Shown here: positions 58,386 through 64,000 of the stretch, in pieces
How positions within the stretch are numbered: position 1 is the stretch's first letter
Layout of the letters: each line of letters begins with the position of its first letter
Assembly: GCA_046582655.1 (NCBI GenBank)
Contig: JAYGDX010000259.1
Span: 5,250 to 69,249 of the forward strand
Direction of reading: 5' to 3'
Source of the DNA: Candidatus Poribacteria bacterium
GTDB taxonomy: Bacteria > Poribacteria > WGA-4E > UBA9662
Length of the DNA stretch: 64,000 nt
Position numbers and translations under genes: made by a program
The notes under the pieces: model-generated
What the model was told of the DNA's origin: nothing
Seen by the model: the letters and a program-made list of their open reading frames with translations, nothing else
Database searches by the model: none

Positions 58386-61300
58386 TTGAGAATCTTGAGA
58401 ATCTTGGCAACCTTAGTTCTTGTGCCTGCAATTTCTTGGGCACAGAATCCTCTGATTGAAAATGGATCATTTGAGTTTGGTACTGAATCTCCGCAAGGGT
58501 GGGGACTTTCAAATGAGGCCTTCGGTAAATGGGAACTTTTTGGTGAAACAGGAGAACGTTGCATTTCAATTAGGGGGGATGGGAAGCCGGGAGATCTTTC
58601 CTTTTGGCGATCTTCAACAAGTTCGATTTTGCCGCACCAAGTTTACCGCTTGAACTTCTCGGTGAAGGGATCAGCAGAAGCTGACGGTGGGACTGCCGTG
58701 GTAGGGTCAAATCTTATAACACGTGATTTAGTTGTCGGAACAGATTGGCAACGGCATGAATTGATATTTACAACGCCTATCAATACACTTGGCGCTTTCC
58801 TTCGCTTTGGCCAATATGAAACTAAAGGGAAGATTTTCTTCGATGATGTTGGTTTGATTGATATTACTCCGATCCCTCGTACAAGACACGATTTAGATCT
58901 AGGTGAAGGGGAATTAATTCACGGCGGGATATATACTTTCCGGCCAGATTATACCAGTATGACCAGTAACACATCACGGAATTTGGTCAGACATAGCGCC
59001 TATTTCAACACTGACCGCTGGATTTTGCCAAAAGATTCAGAGATCGTTTATCGGCATGATTTGCCTGGCTATCAGCAGATCGAAGGGGCGATAAGTGTCC
59101 AGGCCAATGTACACGATGGAGGCGAATGTATTGTTGAAATAGGAGTAGATGAAAGTAACTGGACAGTTGTTGGTAAGGTCAGCCAATCTGGCACTCAAAC
59201 TTTCTTACTTCTAGACGATATTCTTCCAGCTGAAGATATTTATGTGCGCTTGCGTTCAACTAATAAGGCCGAAGTCCTGAGTTATGAGTACCGAAGTGAA
59301 ATTGATGATGCTGAGCTTGATCTAATAGGAGAAACCCACTACGCTGAGGTCAGTATTCCGTTTAATTCAGTAGCTGTCGAATTTGAAACGGTTGGTGACT
59401 TAAAAACAGGCGATAAATACAATGAAGTAAGTCTGTTGATTGCCAACCTTCAAGACTTCGCAGTTGAATTAGAAACCTCTCTTGCTATTCAAAAAAAGGG
59501 TGATGGGGAAGCCAAACATTTTGGGACTAAAGTGGTGTACATCGGTTTTTCCGAAACTTGGCGTGTGCGGTGGCCGAGTTATGAGCTCATTGAAGCCACT
59601 GACTATGTGATGACTGTTCAGATAAAAGATATTTTTAATGGTGACACAGTCTATAAGGCTATACTTCCATTTAGTGTCTCCTCGCTTTATGATGCCAATT
59701 TTGGAATATTGCTTGGACAGACTGAAACTGTGGGGGCTATCTGGTGGACAGATGGTGCAAATAAAATCAGCCGTGACCGCGCTATACCTAAAAGGGTTGA
59801 ATCGCTGGTTAGGTTGTCTGCTGCCAAGAATGAGTCCGAATCGTTTCAGTTGGTTATTACCCCTGACCGGTCTTTGAACCAGTTACGTGTCCAATCCAGC
59901 AGTCTAATTTATAATACTAATGAAATACCAGCTGCGAATGTAGAATTAGCAACAGTTAACTACGTTCTGGTACAGAATCCGACGGACGAGAGTGGTTCAA
60001 GAGGATATTGGCCAGATCCGATTCTTCCTCACAACCAACCGGTACAACTGAATCCGGGGCAGAACTATCCGTTCTGGATTACTATCCGGGTGCCGAAAGG
60101 CATTGCCGCGGGAAAGTACCGGGGATCGATATCAATTACCGGTGCCATGGGGCCACCTCCCCCACCTAAAGTTGCTAAGGAACAGGTTGAGACGCAACAA
60201 GTTACTCAAACCGTCCGTGGCGTACAAAAAGATAGTGATTGCGAGAATTTCTCAGGAGAAATGGGATCAGATCTTGAGTTAGAACAGTTTTTTGCTGCTT
60301 CTAACTTGGCTAAACGGGATTCTAACCCTGAGGAAGGAGCCTTGTGGTCTGAAACTTTTGAAATTGAACTACAGGTTTGGGATTTTGAGTTGTCTGACGA
60401 TACCCACATTCAGTCCGCTTTTGGAATTGATCCCGATAGTATTAGGCAGTACCATCACCTTGAAAATCAAGGTGAGCTTGAGACGGTTTTAGGTAAGTAC
60501 TATCAAAATTTTGCAGATCATCGCATCTCACCAATAAATCCGATGGCGTTGCATCCAATTCAAACTGACTTTGAAGGTCACTGGTGGGAAGGTGGTGAAA
60601 TTATCGACACAGATAAAGCTGAAGGTCTTTTCAGCATACGAGTTGAGGACGGTCATAAGGATCGAGATTCTTTCGCAATCGGCAAAAAACTGATTTCGGT
60701 GGATTCAACCAAAACTTATGAATTTGGTTTTTTCGTAAAAACTGCTGAGAAGAGGCAACCGTACGAGGTCAACATTCTATGTTATGATAAGAATGGAAAG
60801 ATTTTGCGTGAGGTTTCATTTGATTATGTCGGGCGTGGCATCTGGCAAAAGGAAGAAATACGTATTGGCTCTTTACCGCAGGGGACAGAATCAATAACAG
60901 TGAAACTTTCACCTGTTCAATTGACGGATTCTGGAGTGGAAACCGGTATTGCCTGGTTTGATCGATTATCGTTATATGAAGCATCGCAAAGCATGAATCT
61001 AATCCCTGATCCTAATTTTGAAAGATTGATTTCTGATTGGAATATAACTCTGGATACAGCGAGTTTTGAATTGGCTGCCAGAAATTACGTCGATGGATTA
61101 CGATTTAATGCTTTCCAAATTCCGCTGGAAGGATCAGGATTCAGCAATTCTTACGAAAGAACTGTCGGAGTCATTGAAAATTATGAATCAGGGTCGTCTG
61201 AATATGAAGTTCTTTTTTCGGGCTATTTAGCCAAACTGGAGAACTATCTTGAACAGAATGGTTGGTTAGACAAGGCCTATGTATTTTGGTTTGATGAACC

Positions 61301-62060
61301 GGAGCAAAAAGACTATGGCTTTGTCAGAACAGGAATGGATCAAATTGGCGACTCAGCTCCCAAACTAACCCGTATGCTGACTCATGGTGTTGATCCAGAA
61401 TTAGCAGGTAGCGTTGATCTGTGGTGCCCACTCACTCCCAACTTCAATCCAGTTTTAGCCCAAGAACGAAAGGCTGCAGGGGATAAGATTTGGTGGTCAG
61501 TACGTAATGCTCCAAAGTCTCCTTACGCAGGGCTTTTTATCGATCATCATGGTATCGAAATGCGAATGTGGCTATGGCAAACATGGAAATATGGTCTGGA
61601 CGGAATTTATATCTGGAATACAAATTATTGGATGAGCCCGCTTTTGCATTCCGATGATAGATTACAAAACCCATACTTAGATCCAATGAGTTATCAATCC
61701 GGTTATGGCTTGCCAGTAGGTTATGTAGGTTACTGGGGTAATGGCGACGGTCGCTTTCTTTATCCTCCTATGGAAGCATTGGAAGGATATAAATCAATTG
61801 AGGGACCAGTCAACTCGATTCGCTGGGAAATGCTTAGGGAAGGTATTGAAGATTATGAGTATTTCTGGATGTTGAAGGACCAAGTTGAAAAGCTCAAAGC
61901 TGAGGATCCTGAGAATCAACTTCTTCGTGAAGTGGAAGGATACCTCATAATACCCACAAGCATCGTTTCCAATATGACAGAATTCACTAAGGTCCCAGAG
62001 TTGCTTTCCACACATCGAACAGACGTTGCCCAATCAATTGAAAAGCTATTATACCGTTAG
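58386..62060 (+). CDS. 1224-aa secreted protein: signal peptide, CBM4/9-like carbohydrate-binding modules, Pro-rich linker, and a C-terminal DUF4091-like (GH123-associated) putative glycoside hydrolase domain.
   Basis: The start is TTG with a strong GAGGAGAG RBS. The signal peptide is LRILRILATLVLVPAISWA. The N-terminal modules open NGSFE..G...W like CBM_4_9, and the linker reads GPPPPPKVAKEQVETQQ. The C-terminal segment YVFWFDEPEQKDYGF...DLWCP...WWSV...GLDGIYIWNTNYW resembles DUF4091. There is no T9SS tail. Confidence 0.75.
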   Translation: MRILRILATLVLVPAISWAQNPLIENGSFEFGTESPQGWGLSNEAFGKWELFGETGERCISIRGDGKPGDLSFWRSSTSSILPHQVYRLNFSVKGSAEADGGTAVVGSNLITRDLVVGTDWQRHELIFTTPINTLGAFLRFGQYETKGKIFFDDVGLIDITPIPRTRHDLDLGEGELIHGGIYTFRPDYTSMTSNTSRNLVRHSAYFNTDRWILPKDSEIVYRHDLPGYQQIEGAISVQANVHDGGECIVEIGVDESNWTVVGKVSQSGTQTFLLLDDILPAEDIYVRLRSTNKAEVLSYEYRSEIDDAELDLIGETHYAEVSIPFNSVAVEFETVGDLKTGDKYNEVSLLIANLQDFAVELETSLAIQKKGDGEAKHFGTKVVYIGFSETWRVRWPSYELIEATDYVMTVQIKDIFNGDTVYKAILPFSVSSLYDANFGILLGQTETVGAIWWTDGANKISRDRAIPKRVESLVRLSAAKNESESFQLVITPDRSLNQLRVQSSSLIYNTNEIPAANVELATVNYVLVQNPTDESGSRGYWPDPILPHNQPVQLNPGQNYPFWITIRVPKGIAAGKYRGSISITGAMGPPPPPKVAKEQVETQQVTQTVRGVQKDSDCENFSGEMGSDLELEQFFAASNLAKRDSNPEEGALWSETFEIELQVWDFELSDDTHIQSAFGIDPDSIRQYHHLENQGELETVLGKYYQNFADHRISPINPMALHPIQTDFEGHWWEGGEIIDTDKAEGLFSIRVEDGHKDRDSFAIGKKLISVDSTKTYEFGFFVKTAEKRQPYEVNILCYDKNGKILREVSFDYVGRGIWQKEEIRIGSLPQGTESITVKLSPVQLTDSGVETGIAWFDRLSLYEASQSMNLIPDPNFERLISDWNITLDTASFELAARNYVDGLRFNAFQIPLEGSGFSNSYERTVGVIENYESGSSEYEVLFSGYLAKLENYLEQNGWLDKAYVFWFDEPEQKDYGFVRTGMDQIGDSAPKLTRMLTHGVDPELAGSVDLWCPLTPNFNPVLAQERKAAGDKIWWSVRNAPKSPYAGLFIDHHGIEMRMWLWQTWKYGLDGIYIWNTNYWMSPLLHSDDRLQNPYLDPMSYQSGYGLPVGYVGYWGNGDGRFLYPPMEALEGYKSIEGPVNSIRWEMLREGIEDYEYFWMLKDQVEKLKAEDPENQLLREVEGYLIIPTSIVSNMTEFTKVPELLSTHRTDVAQSIEKLLYR

Positions 62061-62071
62061 GTGCTTAAGGA

Positions 62072-64000
62072 TCAAAGCATGCTAATTGGGTCAATGTCCA
62101 CAATTAGCTCGATACTCGTTGGTGCCAAATTAGTCCGTGTTGATTGATTCATAGCTTGGATTGTCTCTCGAAGATCATCAGAACTTTCACACCTTAGTAA
62201 CAGGTGCCAGCGGTGCTTAGCCTTAATCTTGGCTAATGGCGCGGCAACTGGTCCTCGGATCTCAACATTAGGAAAACGATCTGTCCGGATTGAATCCAGA
62301 ACACTTCGCAGATCATTGGCAGTGCTAATGACCTCTTCTTCTATAGTTCCCCGCACCAGAATTGTTGCTGCATGACTTAGAGGTGGGTAGTTTAATTCCT
62401 TCCGAAACACAATTTCCTGGTTATAAAAACCAGCATAATCATGGTTCTTAGCGGCTTGGATGCCGTAGTGATCTGGCATATAGGTTTGGACAATAACTTT
62501 CCCTCCCAATTTACTCCTGCCAGATCGACCTGCAACTTGTGTGAGCAAATTAAATGAACGCTCACTGGCACGGAAATCAGGTAAATTCAGGGCAGTATCT
62601 GCAATGATAACACCAACCAGCGTAACGTTTGGAAAATCCAGTCCTTTCGCTATCATCTGAGTACCAACAAGTATATCAATTTCTTGATTGTTAAATTGAT
62701 CTAATATTGTCTGATGCGCATTTTTCCGTGATGTAGAATCGGTATCCATTCGTTGAGCTTTTGCCTGAGGGAACGCTCTCAATACTTCTTGTTCAACCCG
62801 TTCAGTTCCCAACCCAAAATAGCGAATGTTTTCACTTGTGCAATCAGGACAACTTCGGGGGGGGGGGCTCTCCGCACCGCAGTGGTGACAAACTATCTGT
62901 TGCTTACTAAAATGGTAGGTCATTGACACTGAACAGACATCACACTTTTCAACATGACCACAATTTCGGCAGAACACATAACTTGAATAACCGCGTCGAT
63001 TCAGAAACAGAATAGTTTGTTCATTTCGCATTAATCGATCTGTAATTGCTGTCCGCAGAGATCTCGAGAATATAGAGTGATTCTTGGATTTCAATTCCTC
63101 ACGCATATCGATAATTTCTACCTTTGGCATCTCAATACCACCGATACGTGACGGCATCGAGATTAAATGGAACTTTTCTTTCTCAGCATGGTAGAAACTT
63201 TCGAGCGACGGCGTCGCCGTTCCTAAGACAACAGTACAATTTTCTAATTTCGATCTTTGAATCGCCACATCACGCGCATGATAACGCGGTGACGAATCCT
63301 GCTTGTAGGATGTTTCATGTTCTTCATCTATCACAATCAGTCCGAGATTGGGAACTGGTGCAAAAATCGCTGATCTGGCTCCAATGACAATCGATGCCTT
63401 ACCTGAACGGACACGCAGCCATTGATCATATCGCTCACCATCAGAGAGACGACTATGTAAAACGGCAACATCTACTCCAAAACGACCAACAAAACGAGAG
63501 ACAGTCTGTGGTGTCAATGATATCTCAGGAATCAGAATAATCGCTCCTTTCTTCTTACTTAGGACTCTCGCAATAACTTGTAGATAGACCTCTGTTTTGC
63601 CACTACTTGTCACCCCATGTAACAGAAACGTTTTAGGTAGGCTGGTTTCAATCGAATGATGAATCTTTGCTACTGCATTGATCTGATCGGAGTTAAGAGT
63701 GAGCGGCTCCGTATTTTCGATTGGCTTGGAATCCCACGGATTTCTGGTAATTTCAATCGACTGCAATTCGACCAGATTCTTTTTTTCTAAGGCTTGAAGC
63801 GTTGTCAAACTGGTGTTAGCGGTTTTCAATAGTTCTGCACTGGAAATTGGTAACCTGTTATAAACAGATATCAGGGTACGAAGTATCTCAGCCTGCTTAG
63901 GCGCACGCTGAAGAGTTGATGTTATTTCTTGGTTGATTTCAGCAATTGGTTTAGCCAGAGCAACGAAAGTAGCATATTGCTTTTGAGAAGTAGGCCGAAA
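62072..64000 (-). CDS. priA: Primosomal protein N' (replication-restart helicase PriA), N-terminus beyond the right window edge.
   Basis: The DEAD/H helicase core has Walker A (GVTSSGKTEVYL) and DEEH, plus the PriA-specific Cys-rich zinc-binding insertion (CRNCGHVEKCDVC...CHHCGAESPPPRSCPDC). The reading frame stays open upstream of the first listed codon (a TTG) to position 64000. Confidence 0.9.
   Translation of the reverse strand, partial: FRPTSQKQYATFVALAKPIAEINQEITSTLQRAPKQAEILRTLISVYNRLPISSAELLKTANTSLTTLQALEKKNLVELQSIEITRNPWDSKPIENTEPLTLNSDQINAVAKIHHSIETSLPKTFLLHGVTSSGKTEVYLQVIARVLSKKKGAIILIPEISLTPQTVSRFVGRFGVDVAVLHSRLSDGERYDQWLRVRSGKASIVIGARSAIFAPVPNLGLIVIDEEHETSYKQDSSPRYHARDVAIQRSKLENCTVVLGTATPSLESFYHAEKEKFHLISMPSRIGGIEMPKVEIIDMREELKSKNHSIFSRSLRTAITDRLMRNEQTILFLNRRGYSSYVFCRNCGHVEKCDVCSVSMTYHFSKQQIVCHHCGAESPPPRSCPDCTSENIRYFGLGTERVEQEVLRAFPQAKAQRMDTDSTSRKNAHQTILDQFNNQEIDILVGTQMIAKGLDFPNVTLVGVIIADTALNLPDFRASERSFNLLTQVAGRSGRSKLGGKVIVQTYMPDHYGIQAAKNHDYAGFYNQEIVFRKELNYPPLSHAATILVRGTIEEEVISTANDLRSVLDSIRTDRFPNVEIRGPVAAPLAKIKAKHRWHLLLRCESSDDLRETIQAMNQSTRTNLAPTSIELIVDIDPISML

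Noticed and set aside
1-64000. Evidence for a horizontally acquired mobile element such as an integrase, transposase or tRNA target site.
   Set aside because: No integrase, transposase or phage motifs and no flanking direct repeats were recognised. The accessory character of 5-31 kb is inferred from gene content and decay only.

Overview
This 64-kb window looks like chromosomal DNA from a Gram-negative bacterium, GC about 40-45% by eye, with no rRNA, tRNA, CRISPR array, integrase or transposase detected. Three features point to the FCB group rather than Proteobacteria or Firmicutes: a type IX secretion (T9SS) C-terminal sorting domain on a 1001-aa cargo protein, a BatC/BatD-like pair, and many TTG/GTG starts with weak Shine-Dalgarno sequences. 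Left to right the window contains: the 5' part of a sigma-70 family gene running off the edge; a small outer-membrane-like protein; a membrane protein with a single CxxCH heme motif; and a DUF255/YyaL thioredoxin-domain protein. Next comes an accessory-looking stretch (about 5.2-30.7 kb) enriched for sulfated-glycan and oxygenase functions. It holds a cytoplasmic heparinase-II/III-like protein; an FGE-fold protein lacking the catalytic Cys pair; three PhyH-family Fe/2OG dioxygenases with intact HxD...H triads; a Cys-type sulfatase; a BNR sialidase-like protein; an amidohydrolase-2 plus Rieske pair; an MFS transporter; an SDR; and a TonB-dependent receptor. Two about 660-aa polytopic membrane proteins of unknown function sit in the same stretch. 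This stretch shows repeated gene decay: a C-terminal sulfatase remnant, a TIR-domain N-terminal remnant, a frameshifted GH31-like remnant, a TonB receptor with a -1 frameshift plus an in-frame TGA, and a Rieske ferredoxin whose conserved Trp codon is TGA. A housekeeping block follows: argS-rsfS-yqeK-yacG-nadD on the minus strand and a Bat-like/gamma-carbonic-anhydrase/DJ-1 operon on the plus strand. A shortened dcw cluster (murD-ftsW-murG-murC-ftsQ-ftsA-ftsZ, with no murB or ddl) is preceded, on the same strand and only 38 nt upstream of murD, by the T9SS cargo gene carrying an HExxH motif and two dockerin repeats. The right end has a Gfo/Idh/MocA oxidoreductase, a lipoprotein, a YacP-like NYN protein, a GAF-sigma54 activator, a GT4 glycosyltransferase, a 1224-aa secreted CBM-containing protein, and partial priA. 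All calls rest on motif-level reading of the six-frame translations; no database searches were run.
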